Assembly (NCBI RefSeq): GCF_000009045.1
Contig: NC_000964.3
Location: 3,844,001 to 3,908,000, forward strand
Source of the DNA: Bacillus subtilis subsp. subtilis str. 168
GTDB taxonomy: Bacteria > Bacillota > Bacilli > Bacillales > Bacillaceae
Direction of reading: 5' to 3'
DNA length: 64,000 bases
Shown here piece after piece: positions 18,357 through 31,570 of the stretch (positions within the stretch are counted from its first letter, which is position 1; every line of letters begins with the position of its first letter). Made by a program: the position numbers and the translations under genes. The notes under the pieces are model-generated. The model saw nothing but the letters and a program-made list of their open reading frames with translations, was not told the DNA's origin and did not search any database.

Positions 18357-19247
18357 TTAAGACATGTGAGCTGCCTCGGCCGTTTTTTGTTTCCGAGGCG
18401 CAGCAGAAATGACCAAAAGCCCCAGCATCATAAGCGCAATGCCCAGCCACGAGGAAGGCGAAAGCATTTCCCCTATGAAAAACACGCCAAGCAATGAAGC
18501 CGTCAGCGGTTCAGCTAAAGACAGCGTGACCGCCGCCGAGGCCGGAACCCCGGTAAGCCCTTTCGCAAACAAAAAGTATGCGGCACATGTTGCAATTAAC
18601 CCGATGTAAAGGCTTGTTCCCAGTCCTCTAGGGGTCAATATCCACGAGATATCTAACTGCCATAATAGCGGCGTCAGCAAGATGGCGCTGATCATGAATA
18701 CAACGGCGGAGGTCGCTCGCGGAGGCTGGGTTTTCATCATCGCTTTACTGATGAGCGTATAGCCTGCAAAAGAAGCACCCGCTCCAAGCGCCATAAGAAC
18801 ACCAGCCACATCAATCCGAACATTGGAACTGTCGGAAAACAGAAGCCAGCAACCCGCTAAAGCCAGCACAGTCGCAATCCACCAGGAGTTTCGCGGGCGT
18901 TTCTTCAATACAGCCCATTCGAGGGTCCCGGCAATGATAGGCGCACTGCCGATGGCAATCACAGTTCCCACTGCAATTCCCGTTTCTTTAACCGCTGTGA
19001 AAAACAGCGGCTGGTAACACGCCATACAAACAGCGGCTAAAAATACGAGCGGCCATGCCCAATTTTTCACGTGAAGCTCCCGGCTGATCCAAACCGCAAG
19101 CAGCATGGCGCTTCCTCCTATTAATAACCTGAACGCTCCAAATGCCAGCGGTGTGGCGCTTTCTGGAGCCAATGCCTGAACGGTTCCCGTGGTCCCCCAG
19201 AAAAAAGCCGCAATCAATACAAAAAGGCTGTAAATATTCCCCTTCAT
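18357..19247 (-). CDS. ywfM: EamA/DMT-family transporter
   Basis: 296 aa, about 10 TM; two EamA repeats; AEPLTASLLG. Confidence 0.9.
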   Translation of the reverse strand: MKGNIYSLFVLIAAFFWGTTGTVQALAPESATPLAFGAFRLLIGGSAMLLAVWISRELHVKNWAWPLVFLAAVCMACYQPLFFTAVKETGIAVGTVIAIGSAPIIAGTLEWAVLKKRPRNSWWIATVLALAGCWLLFSDSSNVRIDVAGVLMALGAGASFAGYTLISKAMMKTQPPRATSAVVFMISAILLTPLLWQLDISWILTPRGLGTSLYIGLIATCAAYFLFAKGLTGVPASAAVTLSLAEPLTASLLGVFFIGEMLSPSSWLGIALMMLGLLVISAAPRKQKTAEAAHMS

Positions 19248-19371
19248 CTGCCTCTCCCCTTTAATATGGATGCTGATGTCATTTTATCGTTTTTCTTTTT
19301 GTCGTGGTTATCTGTATGTAAGAAGGACTTATCTGAAAATAAGATTATTGAGGTAAAATGCCGCTTGAGAT

Positions 19372-19405
19372 AAAAAATGCATGCCGGCATATACAGCCGG
19401 CATGC
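19372..19405 (-). terminator. lipL terminator
   Basis: GCATGCCGGC-N7-GCCGGCATGC plus a T tract on the minus strand. Confidence 0.8.
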
Positions 19406-19414
19406 GAAGAACGT

Positions 19415-20260
19415 TCACCCAAATACCTTTGCATTCCGCTCAGCCATCCGGACGAGGTTTTTCTCAAATTCCATTTCCTCATCAATGGACAGTCCAGCTG
19501 AATAAAGATGGGTGCTTAACGCTTTTAATTCCGTCAATAAAGCGAACATTAAGTCTTGTACGGAGATGTCTTTTTGAAGAAGCTCACTTAAGGACGCCAT
19601 CGTTTCCGGACGTATTTCCGGATAGACGCCTTTTTTATCGTTTTGTTTGTCTTTCAGCGCCGCTTGATAGAATCGTCTGATCAAGTCGGCCCTTTCACTG
19701 CCGCTTTTATCTGCACAGAGATAAATTTGAACAGCGACTCCGCCGCGAACGCGTCTCTGAGAGATGCCGGCGAACTTTTTGCCATTTATACTGAGGTCAT
19801 AGCTGCCGGGACAATAAGACCCTTCAATTTCATAGGCTTCGATCTTTGCGTTGTACGGTCTCAGCATTCGTCTCATCAGCTCGACCATCGCTTCATATCC
19901 TTTGTCTATATCGATGCCTTTCTTTTCGTCCTCGAATATGAGAGAGATATTTAAAACACCGTCATCCAATACGACGGCAAGACCGCCGGAATTGCGTACG
20001 ATCACACGGTATCCTTCGCTCTCCAGCAAGGAGATACCATCCTGCAAAAACGGGAGGCGTGTATCCTGTATTCCAAGGACAATTGTATCGTGGTGCACCC
20101 ATGAGCGCGCTGTCGCCGGCGACACGCCTTTTCCGACGGACATGCATAGCGTATCATCCATTGCGAAGGATTGCTTCGCATCAAATAAAGGGCCGAGACT
20201 GGATTGGTCAATGACTCTCCATTTCGGCTGCATCAGTAAATCAATCGGTTGGTTTGCCAT
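19415..20260 (-). CDS. lipL: Octanoyl-[GcvH]:protein amidotransferase
   Basis: 281 aa; [16 protein letters not shown] and KFAGISQRR. Confidence 0.95.
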
Positions 20261-20308
20261 CTATGTAAAACCCTTTCATGTTAGGCTTATTGAACGAAAA
20301 CTATTATA

Positions 20309-21208
20309 TCATTTCAGCAGCTGTGATTGATAATTGCTTTTCAGCATCGTAATAAAAATTTCTTTATTTTTTGTATTCTCCATGAGAGGAGAATGAATGT
20401 AAGACAGCTTGCGCTTTAACGAGAAATTATTAATATGCAGAATTGAAATTTCGCGGTGGATCAAATCCTTACGCAGCACGCTTCTGGATAGAACCGAAAG
20501 TCCCATGCCGTTAATCACCGCTTCCTTTACACCTTGATTGCTGCTGATGGTAAACATTGATTTCGGCCGAAGTCCATTTGAACTGAGTACATGATCGAGA
20601 TATTCTCTCGTCCCGGAGCCTTTCTCTCTTGTCACCCACGCTTCGTTCTGCAAATCGCTGATCGAAATCTCTTTCCGCCCGGCGAGCGGATGCTGATTTG
20701 GAGCGGCAATGCACATTTCATCCTCCATGAACGGTTCAATTTCCAGCTCATTCTCGTTTGTATGTCCTTCAATCAGCCCGATATCAGCCTGAAGCATCCG
20801 CACACGCTCGCTGACCTCCTCTGTATTGCCAATCATGACATCTAGATTCAGCTCTGGATACAGCTTTTGCAGCTGGGCCAATAGCGGCGGAAGAATATAC
20901 TCACCGATTGTAAAGCTTGCAGCTATTTTCAATTCACCCTTCACATAGTGATGATGCGCATAGATTTCAGCCTTGGCTTGTTCGTAGAGAAACACCATTT
21001 GCTTTGCTCTTTGATATAAAATGTCTCCTGTCGGCGTTGTCGTAAAGTGTTTTGGCGACCTGTTCAGAAGAGCCGTTTGAAATTCTTTCTCAAGATTTTT
21101 GATATGCAGACTGACGCTGGGCTGGGAGATCATCAGCTTTTCCGCCGCTTTTGTGAAGTTTTTTTCTTCTACCACCGCTATAAACGTTTTCAGCACGTCG
21201 TAATACAA
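20309..21208 (-). CDS. cysL: LysR-family regulator CysL
   Basis: 299 aa from TTG; NFTKAAEKLMISQPSVS HTH; CysL/YeiE-type effector domain. Confidence 0.9.
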   Translation of the reverse strand: MYYDVLKTFIAVVEEKNFTKAAEKLMISQPSVSLHIKNLEKEFQTALLNRSPKHFTTTPTGDILYQRAKQMVFLYEQAKAEIYAHHHYVKGELKIAASFTIGEYILPPLLAQLQKLYPELNLDVMIGNTEEVSERVRMLQADIGLIEGHTNENELEIEPFMEDEMCIAAPNQHPLAGRKEISISDLQNEAWVTREKGSGTREYLDHVLSSNGLRPKSMFTISSNQGVKEAVINGMGLSVLSRSVLRKDLIHREISILHINNFSLKRKLSYIHSPLMENTKNKEIFITMLKSNYQSQLLK

Positions 21209-21308
21209 AAACCCCACCCCTGTCATTAATGAAATATATGGTTATGATTAGTTTTCTTTATTGTACTCATATCATCCGTCTTGGTAAAGAAGGGCTATAC
21301 AGAAGCGC

Positions 21309-21338
21309 AAAAAAGGCAGCCCTCGGTCGAGAGCTGCC
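21309..21338 (-). terminator. pta terminator
   Basis: GGCAGCTCTCG/CGAGGGCTGCC stem followed by T6. Confidence 0.8.
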
Positions 21339-21354
21339 ATTGTCTTCAATTTTA

Positions 21355-22326
21355 TTACAGTGCTTGCGCCGCTGTAATTAATGCGAGATTGTAAACATCT
21401 TCAGCGTTACATCCTCTTGAAAGGTCGTTTACAGGCATATTTAAACCTTGCAGGATTGGTCCTACCGCTTCAAAGTTGCCCAAACGCTGAGCGATTTTAT
21501 AGCCGATGTTTCCTGCTTCAAGACTTGGGAATACGAATACGTTAGCGTCCCCTTTGATCTCGGAATCCGGCGCTTTTTTCTCAGCTACAGATGGAACAAA
21601 TGCAGCATCAAATTGGAATTCGCCGTCAAGTGTCAGTTCAGGCGCTTTTTCTTTCGCGATTTTCACTGCATCCGCTACTTTTTCTGTTTCATCAGATTTT
21701 GCTGAGCCTTTTGTAGAGAAGCTGAGCATTGCCACGCGAGGCTCAATGTCGAACATTTTTGCCGTATTGGCACTTTCGATCGCAATCTCGGCAAGATCTT
21801 GGCTGTCAGGTGCAATGTTGATCGCGCAATCTGCGAATACGTATTGCTCTTCTCCGCGAGCCATGATGAACACGCCTGAAGTCTTTTTCACGCCTTCTTT
21901 TGTTTTGATGATTTGAAGAGCCGGGCGGACAGTGTCAGCAGTTGAGTGAGCAGCTCCGCTTACAAGTCCGTCTGCAAGTCCTTTATACACCAGCATTGTA
22001 CCGAAGTAGTTCTCGTCTAATAATGCTTTACGAGCCTGTTCTTCAGTCGCTTTGCCTTTGCGGCGTTCTACGAATGCTTGTACAAGGTCTTCCATGCCTT
22101 CATATGTATGAGGATCATAAATCTTAACGCCGCCCAGCGTAAGGTTCAATTCTTTTGCTTTTGCTTGGATCTCATTTTCATTGCCGATCACAATCGGATT
22201 CAGCACTTTGTTTCCTGCAAGCTTGCTGACCGCTTCTAAAATACGCTCGTCTAAGCCTTCAGGAAATACAATTTTAACGTCTTTTCCAGCTACTTTTTCT
22301 TGCACTGTTGAAAATAAATCTGCCAC
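21355..22326 (-). CDS. pta: Phosphate acetyltransferase
   Basis: 323 aa; VFPEGLDER, FADCAIN and NDLSRG. Confidence 0.97.
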   Translation of the reverse strand: MADLFSTVQEKVAGKDVKIVFPEGLDERILEAVSKLAGNKVLNPIVIGNENEIQAKAKELNLTLGGVKIYDPHTYEGMEDLVQAFVERRKGKATEEQARKALLDENYFGTMLVYKGLADGLVSGAAHSTADTVRPALQIIKTKEGVKKTSGVFIMARGEEQYVFADCAINIAPDSQDLAEIAIESANTAKMFDIEPRVAMLSFSTKGSAKSDETEKVADAVKIAKEKAPELTLDGEFQFDAAFVPSVAEKKAPDSEIKGDANVFVFPSLEAGNIGYKIAQRLGNFEAVGPILQGLNMPVNDLSRGCNAEDVYNLALITAAQAL

Positions 22327-22411
22327 AATAAAACCTCCTCAAAAAGTTACAAAAACGCTTTCTTTTACTAGCATACTCTTCTTCCAATCAAATTCAAACA
22401 GCCAACTTTCA

Positions 22412-22425
22412 TTATAGCGCTTTCA
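22412..22425 (-). promoter_or_regulatory. cre (CcpA) site upstream of pta
   Basis: TGAAAGCGCTATAA; a second weaker match AGAAAGCGTTTTTG at 22350-22363. Confidence 0.8.
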
Positions 22426-22595
22426 TAAAAAAATCTTATTTTTCTAACTAATTTAAGTGACTCAATCTTCCCTTATAGGTTCTTCTATTTTGATGGAGTT
22501 ATACGGAAGGGATGTTCAAGGTTTCTCCACAGTAGAATCGGATAAACTATGGTATAGTGAAGGCAATCATGAAAAGATAATGGGAGTGAAGATAA

Positions 22596-23360
22596 ATGAG
22601 TGAACAGCAAATGACGAATGAAGCGGCAAAAACGCTTGACGGCTGGTATGCGCTTCATGATTTCCGCACAATGGATTGGGCTTCCTGGAAGCTTCTGTCC
22701 AGTGATGAGCGCCAATCTATCATACATGAATTCACCGGGTTGCTTGAAAAATGGGGCGTAGCCCAAAAAGAAGGAAAAGGATCGCAAACTCTTTACAGCA
22801 TCGTCGGCCAAAAAGCTGATTTTATGCTGATGATCCTTCGTCCTACAATGGAAGAATTAAATCAAATTGAGCTTGAATTCAACAAATCAAGACTTGCTGA
22901 GTTCACCATTCCGGCATACTCCTACGTATCAGTGGTAGAGCTGAGCAACTACTTGGCAAGCGGTGACGGCGATCCTTATGAAAATCCGCATGTGCGCGCT
23001 CGCCTTTACCCTGAACTGCCGGAATCTAAATATGTATGCTTCTATCCAATGGATAAAAGAAGATCTGGCAACGACAACTGGTATATGCTTTCAATGGAAG
23101 AACGCAGAAACTTGATGAGAAGCCACGGTTTAATCGGCCGCAGCTATGCGGGCAAAGTCAAACAGATCATCACCGGCTCTGTCGGCTTTGACGATTACGA
23201 GTGGGGCGTTACATTATTTAGCGATGATGTCCTTCAATTCAAGAAGCTAGTGTACGAAATGCGTTTTGACGAAGTCAGCGCTCGCTATGGCGAATTTGGT
23301 TCATTCTTTGTCGGCAATCACCTTTCGCTTGATACACTTCCTCAATTCTTATATGTATAA
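22596..23360 (+). CDS. hemQ: Coproheme decarboxylase (ChdC/HemQ, formerly YwfI)
   Basis: 254 aa; [20 protein letters not shown] and [10 protein letters not shown]. Confidence 0.95.
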   Translation: MSEQQMTNEAAKTLDGWYALHDFRTMDWASWKLLSSDERQSIIHEFTGLLEKWGVAQKEGKGSQTLYSIVGQKADFMLMILRPTMEELNQIELEFNKSRLAEFTIPAYSYVSVVELSNYLASGDGDPYENPHVRARLYPELPESKYVCFYPMDKRRSGNDNWYMLSMEERRNLMRSHGLIGRSYAGKVKQIITGSVGFDDYEWGVTLFSDDVLQFKKLVYEMRFDEVSARYGEFGSFFVGNHLSLDTLPQFLYV

Positions 23361-23366
23361 TATCCC

Positions 23367-23393
23367 CTCCCGCCCTATCCGGCGGGAGTTTTT
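23367..23393 (+). terminator. hemQ terminator
   Basis: CTCCCGCC-N6-GGCGGGAG-TTTTT. Confidence 0.88.
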
Positions 23394-23492
23394 CAATTCT
23401 CCTTTATCAGAATTTAAATAAAATTTGCTATTTTCTTCGTTTTTTCTTACGATGTAGATAATAATCCATTTTTTTCAAAGGGGTGCAGTTAT

Positions 23493-24272
23493 TTGTCAAA
23501 ACGAACCGCATTTGTTATGGGAGCCAGTCAAGGGATCGGGAAAGCAATCGCTCTGAAATTAGCAGACCAGCACTTTTCCCTCGTCATTAATTCGCGAAAT
23601 TTGGATAATATTGAATCTGTCAAAGAAGACATTTTGGCCAAGCATCCTGAGGCGAGCGTCATTGTCCTTGCGGGCGATATGTCTGACCAGCATACGAGAG
23701 CGGGCATTTTTCAGAAAATCGAATCTCAATGCGGACGGCTTGATGTTCTGATTAATAATATCCCGGGCGGCGCGCCTGACACATTTGATAACTGCAATAT
23801 AGAGGATATGACGGCCACGTTCACTCAAAAGACCGTTGCCTATATTGACGCAATCAAGCGTGCTTCCTCACTGATGAAACAAAACGAGTTTGGCAGAATC
23901 ATCAACATTGTCGGAAATCTGTGGAAAGAACCCGGCGCCAACATGTTCACAAACAGTATGATGAATGCCGCTTTAATTAACGCCAGTAAAAATATTTCCA
24001 TCCAGCTTGCTCCTCACAACATTACTGTCAACTGTCTGAATCCTGGTTTTATCGCTACAGACCGTTATCATCAATTTGTGGAAAATGTGATGAAAAAGAA
24101 CAGCATATCCAAACAGAAAGCAGAAGAACAGATTGCTTCCGGGATTCCGATGAAACGGGTCGGATCAGCCGAAGAAACCGCAGCGCTCGCCGCATTTCTT
24201 GCCTCTGAGGAAGCCTCCTACATCACGGGACAGCAAATTTCCGCTGACGGCGGCAGCATGAAAAGCATATAA
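23493..24272 (+). CDS. bacG: NADPH-dependent SDR reductase of bacilysin synthesis (YwfH)
   Basis: 259 aa; GASQGIG; lacks the canonical YxxxK; convergent with bacF; TTG start. Confidence 0.93.
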   Translation: MSKRTAFVMGASQGIGKAIALKLADQHFSLVINSRNLDNIESVKEDILAKHPEASVIVLAGDMSDQHTRAGIFQKIESQCGRLDVLINNIPGGAPDTFDNCNIEDMTATFTQKTVAYIDAIKRASSLMKQNEFGRIINIVGNLWKEPGANMFTNSMMNAALINASKNISIQLAPHNITVNCLNPGFIATDRYHQFVENVMKKNSISKQKAEEQIASGIPMKRVGSAEETAALAAFLASEEASYITGQQISADGGSMKSI

Positions 24273-24300
24273 AAACATCCCGCTTTTTAGCGGGATGTTT
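24271..24300. terminator. Bidirectional terminator bacG/bacF
   Basis: AAACATCCCGCT-tttt-AGCGGGATGTTT. Confidence 0.88.
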
Positions 24301-25486
24301 CTTGTAATGACCCGAACGGCAGGTTCAGCTTTTGAATCCGCGTGACAAATTCCCGCAGATCCTCCTGCTTCGACACCATTGAGATTCTGACATGCCTTTT
24401 TCCGTTGCTTCCAAAAATTTCGCCCGGTGTGACTACGACATGGGCATGCTCCAGCAAGTAATCGGAAAATTGGTGAGATGTCTCAAACGTATTCGGAATT
24501 TCAGCCCATACGTAAAAGGTTCCTTTTGGCTTTTCCATCTTCCAGCCCAGTTCCTTTTCACAAAGCGCCGTAAAAAAGTCAATTCGTTCCTTATAAATTC
24601 GTTTCAACGATTCCGTATGCTCCGGATCTCCAGAAAGCGCCGCACTCGCTGCCTGCTGCAGCCCGCCGAACATGCCGACAAATACATGATCCTGAAATTC
24701 ATTGACGGCCTGAATGATTTTTTCGTTCCCAACCGCAAACGCCATTCTCCAGCCGGCCATGTTAAATGTTTTTGAAAATGAATAAAGCTCTGCTCCGACA
24801 GTTTTGGCATCCTCTGCCTCAAGAAAGCTGGCCGGTTTTTGATCGAATTCAAACGCCCCGTATGCAAAATCATGAATCAAATGGATGTTATGCTCTTTCG
24901 CAAAAGCAGCAGCTTTTGCATAAAAAGCCGCATCAGCCACAGCTCCAGTGGGGTTGTTCGGATAGTTTAAAAACATAAGCTTCGCTTTTTCCAGCACGGC
25001 TGGATCAATCTTTTCAAAATCCGGCAGATAGCCATTTTCTTCATACAGCGGCATTTCGTAAAGCTCAGCTCGCGCCATCGTAATCCCTGATAAATATTCA
25101 GGATAGCCTGGATTCGGGACTAAAGCGATGTCTCCCGGATTGAGCAGGCATTGTGTCAGCACATACAATCCGGCTTTCCCGCCTCCGAAAAGCGCGACTT
25201 CCGTTTCAGGATTGATTGTCACTCCGTATTCCCTTTTATAGAAAGCGGCGATCGCTTCCTTTAAAAAAGGATAGCCCCTGAAAGGGCCGTATCCATGAAA
25301 CGAAGGATTCAGAGAAGCCTCCCGCAAAGCCTCGACAATATGCGGCGGAGTGGGAAGGTCAGGGTTCCCCTGTCCGAGATTAATGATATGGGCTCCCGTT
25401 TTTTCCATTTCCTTTACCTTTTGAAAAACGAGAGAAAACTCCTGCCTTGGAAGTGTCTTGATGACATCGGACGGTGTTATTTCCAT
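24287..25486 (-). CDS. bacF: PLP-dependent aminotransferase (class I/II, YwfG)
   Basis: 399 aa; NYPNNPTG, DFAY and SFSKTFNMAGWR. Confidence 0.95.
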   Translation of the reverse strand: MEITPSDVIKTLPRQEFSLVFQKVKEMEKTGAHIINLGQGNPDLPTPPHIVEALREASLNPSFHGYGPFRGYPFLKEAIAAFYKREYGVTINPETEVALFGGGKAGLYVLTQCLLNPGDIALVPNPGYPEYLSGITMARAELYEMPLYEENGYLPDFEKIDPAVLEKAKLMFLNYPNNPTGAVADAAFYAKAAAFAKEHNIHLIHDFAYGAFEFDQKPASFLEAEDAKTVGAELYSFSKTFNMAGWRMAFAVGNEKIIQAVNEFQDHVFVGMFGGLQQAASAALSGDPEHTESLKRIYKERIDFFTALCEKELGWKMEKPKGTFYVWAEIPNTFETSHQFSDYLLEHAHVVVTPGEIFGSNGKRHVRISMVSKQEDLREFVTRIQKLNLPFGSLQETSR

Positions 25487-26671
25487 CTAAAAGACTCCTT
25501 TTTGCTCCGTTTTGTTATCCCGTTCCAAAAACGATTTGTTGACGAGCTTCGTATGCAAAAACAAACCGCATACGATCACGACAATCAGCCCCATAATGAC
25601 CGGAGCGCTTAGGATGTTAATGAACATTGAACCAATAGAAATGCATAATCCGATAGACGCTTCGGCCACTGAAAAAATGCGCCCTTGAATCTGGTTTGCC
25701 GCATTTTCCTGAACCTTCACTTTTGCAAGCACTTCCCCGTATTCCATCGCGATGAAAAAGAGGATCGCCGCGATGACAGAAACAGCGAATATCGGTGTGA
25801 ATAAAAACAGCGCCAGCGAGACAATGGATAAAACGGTAAAGTACGTCAGGCCTCTATTGTTGTTAAAGCCCCATTTGCTGACAAGCGCCGCTCCGATAAA
25901 GCCGCCGAAGCCGATGCAGAACGTGAGAATAAAGTTGCCGATTTCCCCGTCACCCAGAAAGCGGCTGACAATCGGAAAATAGCTGTACACAACTCCCCAC
26001 AGCAAAGCCATTGTAATCATCGTAAACATGGCGTTTAATACGAATGAATTGGTTTTGATTTCCTTGAGTCCTTCCTTAAAAGACTGAAAGGCCTCTTTAA
26101 TGTTTTCAGATTGAATCGGCACAAATTGCAGCTTGATGCGGCTGATAAAAAATGCCGAAACCAAGTATGTCACACCGTTAAAGGCAACAGCCAGCTCTAC
26201 AGATCCGCCTAACAGAAAGAGCCCTCCGGCAGCCGCCCCGACGATAATGGAGATGGTTGTCGCTTTTGCAAATAACGTGTTGATGCTTTTAATATCTGAT
26301 TCCAAGGACGACATGACAGCGAGACGGGCGGGATTAAAAAACACGCCGCTTCCATAAGTAATAAACAGCAGGGCCAGAAAAATCAGCGGATACTCGCCTT
26401 TTGGAAGAAATGTGAGCCCCAAAAAGATGATGCCTCTGATGATATCCGTCCACAGCATGATCTTAATTCTGTCTAACCGGTCGACCAGAACACCCAAAAA
26501 CGGCTGAAACACCATCGGAATGCTTCTGACCACGATGACCCCGGACGTCACCCAATAATCGTGATAATATGTAGACAAAATGAGCAGGGCAGGGAGAACA
26601 CAATAGTCTCCCATGAACGATAGCGCCTGCCCGTAAAGCAAGTATTTAGAGTTGGGTTTCAGCTGTTTCAT
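25487..26671 (-). CDS. bacE: MFS bacilysin exporter
   Basis: 394 aa hydrophobic; GVLVDRLDR motif A; lies within the bac operon. Confidence 0.93.
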   Translation of the reverse strand: MKQLKPNSKYLLYGQALSFMGDYCVLPALLILSTYYHDYWVTSGVIVVRSIPMVFQPFLGVLVDRLDRIKIMLWTDIIRGIIFLGLTFLPKGEYPLIFLALLFITYGSGVFFNPARLAVMSSLESDIKSINTLFAKATTISIIVGAAAGGLFLLGGSVELAVAFNGVTYLVSAFFISRIKLQFVPIQSENIKEAFQSFKEGLKEIKTNSFVLNAMFTMITMALLWGVVYSYFPIVSRFLGDGEIGNFILTFCIGFGGFIGAALVSKWGFNNNRGLTYFTVLSIVSLALFLFTPIFAVSVIAAILFFIAMEYGEVLAKVKVQENAANQIQGRIFSVAEASIGLCISIGSMFINILSAPVIMGLIVVIVCGLFLHTKLVNKSFLERDNKTEQKGVF

Positions 26672-28086
26672 ACTGGCAGCACATACTTTGCCGTCAGCTT
26701 CGCATGCTGCTGAATTTGTCTGATTGATTCAGCCACATCCTGTGAATTACTGCCTTTCAGTTCAAATGCAGCAATGGAATTGAAAGCTTCAAACAATGTC
26801 AAATCAACTGAAGTGCCTGGTGCTGCGGCCGAAAAAGAAACGATTTCAGTATCCCCTTTTAAAAGCCCGTCCGGAATATCGATCGCTTCAATGACCAAAT
26901 CCTCAGCAGTTTCAGGAATTTGGCCATTTTGTTTGAAATGCTGCGGGTACAAATGGCAGTCGGCAACATAATAAGGCTCTTGATCCAATAATCCGTCCGG
27001 CAGATCGGCGTCTTTTCCGAAACAGAGGACATCTAATAATAATTGCGCCATATCAAGGCCAAAGACCTTTTTAATATTGGGGATCATATTCCAGCCGGCA
27101 AATCTGGCTGCCGACTCTATTAAACCCGGTTCTCTGTTTTTCATTAGCTTGATCTCTGTATGTGTTGCGCAATTTTGCAGTCCAAGCCCTTCATTTGCCT
27201 TTTTGGCAGCTTCGACAATTTTCTTTTTTGCCTCTTCATCCAGAATGGACGGCGTAATGTGGGATGTCTCTGTAAACCCGATTTGCGGCGTTTTATCATG
27301 AATGGCGATCGGGAAATACTCACCGTCAGCCATGATGCCTTCTATACTGATATAGTCGGAGTACCCTTCTGTTTGATACCAGTCTCCGTACTCACCCTGT
27401 AAAAATTCTTCAGCGATAAACGGCGCTTCAAACGTAACCGCCTTTGGCACGTTAATTGATTTCAGATAGTCATTGACTCTGTTAAATTCATCTTCTGCCG
27501 TCTCAGTGTCCGTAATCAGCGTTACACCGATAGAACTCGCTAAGTATGTAGGCTTTAAGATAAGAGGTGTGCCGATCTCTTCAAGAGCAGCACGGAAATC
27601 TTCAAGAGTTGTGACTCGTTTGTTTTTGATCGATTTGACTCCGGCCTTATTAAAAGCGTCCCTCATTTTATTTTTATCTCTGGCATTTTCGGCTGCCTGC
27701 ACGCCGGCACCTCTCAAGCCCAGACGTTCACAGGCTTTCGCCATCGGAGCAATGAATAATTCATTGTTTGTTGTGATGGCATCCGCCCCAAACATTTCGG
27801 CAACCTTGACGATTTGCTCGACGACCTCTTCCTCAGGCTTGTTATGATCTTCATGCGCCCAATAAATGGAATCAGGGTGTTCAAAATCAGCTAAACTCTT
27901 AAAATAGTCTTTATCTTTTATGACCGCGACCGAGTATTTTTCAATCAATGCTGCATGGGAGGCTGTAATTGCAAAAGGTCTTGGAATAAAGCTGACCAGG
28001 TTATATTTTTCAGCAGCGCTTTTATAAAACATGTGCGGCGGGCAGCCTCCAAGATCAGCGATGACCAATACTGTTTTTCTCTCCAT
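26668..28086 (-). CDS. bacD: Alanine-anticapsin ligase (ATP-grasp)
   Basis: 472 aa; DKNKMR, LKPTYLASSIGV, EEFLQG and ESAAR. Confidence 0.96.
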   Translation of the reverse strand: MERKTVLVIADLGGCPPHMFYKSAAEKYNLVSFIPRPFAITASHAALIEKYSVAVIKDKDYFKSLADFEHPDSIYWAHEDHNKPEEEVVEQIVKVAEMFGADAITTNNELFIAPMAKACERLGLRGAGVQAAENARDKNKMRDAFNKAGVKSIKNKRVTTLEDFRAALEEIGTPLILKPTYLASSIGVTLITDTETAEDEFNRVNDYLKSINVPKAVTFEAPFIAEEFLQGEYGDWYQTEGYSDYISIEGIMADGEYFPIAIHDKTPQIGFTETSHITPSILDEEAKKKIVEAAKKANEGLGLQNCATHTEIKLMKNREPGLIESAARFAGWNMIPNIKKVFGLDMAQLLLDVLCFGKDADLPDGLLDQEPYYVADCHLYPQHFKQNGQIPETAEDLVIEAIDIPDGLLKGDTEIVSFSAAAPGTSVDLTLFEAFNSIAAFELKGSNSQDVAESIRQIQQHAKLTAKYVLPV

Positions 28087-28104
28087 ATGTAAAACACTCC
28101 TTCT

Positions 28105-30180
<2,076 letters not shown>

Positions 30181-30213
30181 GAGCACCAACCAATCTTTTA
30201 AAATTTTAAGTAA

Positions 30214-30242
30214 ATTTTATCCAGTGGAAATTGAACTGTCAA
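30214..30242 (-). promoter_or_regulatory. SigA promoter of the bac operon
   Basis: TTGACA-N17-TAAAAT. Confidence 0.85.
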
Positions 30243-30282
30243 TGTTTTTTGAAAATATTGATAATTATTCCCATACAAACAA

Positions 30283-30306
30283 AAAAACCCTTTAAAAAGG
30301 GTTTTT
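30283..30306 (-). terminator. ywfA terminator
   Basis: AAAAACCCTT-taaa-AAGGGTTTTT. Confidence 0.7.
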
Positions 30307-30331
30307 AATTATAGGAATTTAGAAACTTTGT

Positions 30332-31570
30332 TTATTGAGATAAGGACTGATCGGCCTTCTGCTCAAGTTTGCCGTACTTTTTATATGCGAATACACTGAG
30401 CACAAATCCGAGGACTGTGATGGCGGCGCAAATCAATCCGACAGCTGCATAGCCGTATGCCACATATACGGGTCCCATTAAAGCAGAACCTAATGTCACG
30501 GCCAGATTCGAGGCGAGACTGTAAAACACCATGACTTTTCCTCGATGACGCTCTGAGCAGTCACTCAAAATGGTGCTGAGCAGCGTCACCGTCAAACTTT
30601 GCATTAATCCCCAAATAAATAGGCTGGCGATTAACAGAAACATAGACGCCGGCGCATATGGTAAACACGCCAGCAGAACGCTGATGACCCCCAGCGCAAT
30701 CAAAAGGGAGCGCATTTTTCCGATGCGGTCGGCTATCTTTCCTGTAATCACACTCATGGAAAACCCGATTCCATAAATCATGATAAATAAGCCCGCAGCC
30801 GTGTTTCCTCCGGTAAAAACGTCCTGAAGATAGGTGCCTAAAAAGGAATACATACCGTAAAAACCAATCATATTACAAAAGGTTATTGTGATATAAACAG
30901 GTACACGAGGGACTTTCAGCGCATCCCGGAATGTTCCTGCGGGCTCTTCTATTTCTTCCTTGCCGCTGTTTTTATGTTGGGCATGGCGGCGCATTTCAAG
31001 GAGAATCAGCAGAACAACTAAAACACCCATCAGGGCGAAAATCCAAAACGTCCATCTCCAATGCAGGACGCCGCCGATAAATGATCCGAGCGGCACTCCG
31101 AAAATCAGCGCCAGCGACCAGCTTGAAACGATCAGTCCCATCACCTTGCCCCGGTATGTATAAGGAACACGATCACCGACAACTGCGTAAGCGGTCGGAA
31201 CAAACGCTCCCGCAGCCAATCCCGAAAGCGCCCGGCCTAAAAAGAAGAAAAAAATATTTTGAGCTAAAGCGCATATCACCGTTCCTATGATAAAAATCAT
31301 AAGCCCGGCCAATAAGCTCAGTTCTCTGGAGTATTTATCGCCTAATGGAACCAAAAGCGGCGCACCGATAAAAATCATAACGCCGTAAATACTGATAGAT
31401 AACGCAAGGACGCTGACATCTGAGCTGAAGGCTTTTGCTAAATCCGGCAGCAGCGGTGAGATCACAAGCTCTTCAGATCCGGCTGCAAATACCCCCATCG
31501 TTAAAGCCAGTGCCAACAATAACGGAAAATGATGTTTTGTTTTGATGTCATTGTTTTGATTGCTGTTCAT
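30332..31570 (-). CDS. ywfA: MFS efflux transporter
   Basis: 412 aa, about 12 TM; PLGDKYSR and GKIADRIGK. Confidence 0.9.
   Translation of the reverse strand: MNSNQNNDIKTKHHFPLLLALALTMGVFAAGSEELVISPLLPDLAKAFSSDVSVLALSISIYGVMIFIGAPLLVPLGDKYSRELSLLAGLMIFIIGTVICALAQNIFFFFLGRALSGLAAGAFVPTAYAVVGDRVPYTYRGKVMGLIVSSWSLALIFGVPLGSFIGGVLHWRWTFWIFALMGVLVVLLILLEMRRHAQHKNSGKEEIEEPAGTFRDALKVPRVPVYITITFCNMIGFYGMYSFLGTYLQDVFTGGNTAAGLFIMIYGIGFSMSVITGKIADRIGKMRSLLIALGVISVLLACLPYAPASMFLLIASLFIWGLMQSLTVTLLSTILSDCSERHRGKVMVFYSLASNLAVTLGSALMGPVYVAYGYAAVGLICAAITVLGFVLSVFAYKKYGKLEQKADQSLSQ

Noticed and set aside
30243-30257. Possible CodY box upstream of bacA
   Set aside because: Four mismatches to AATTTTCWGAAAATT in AT-rich DNA; not distinguishable from chance by eye
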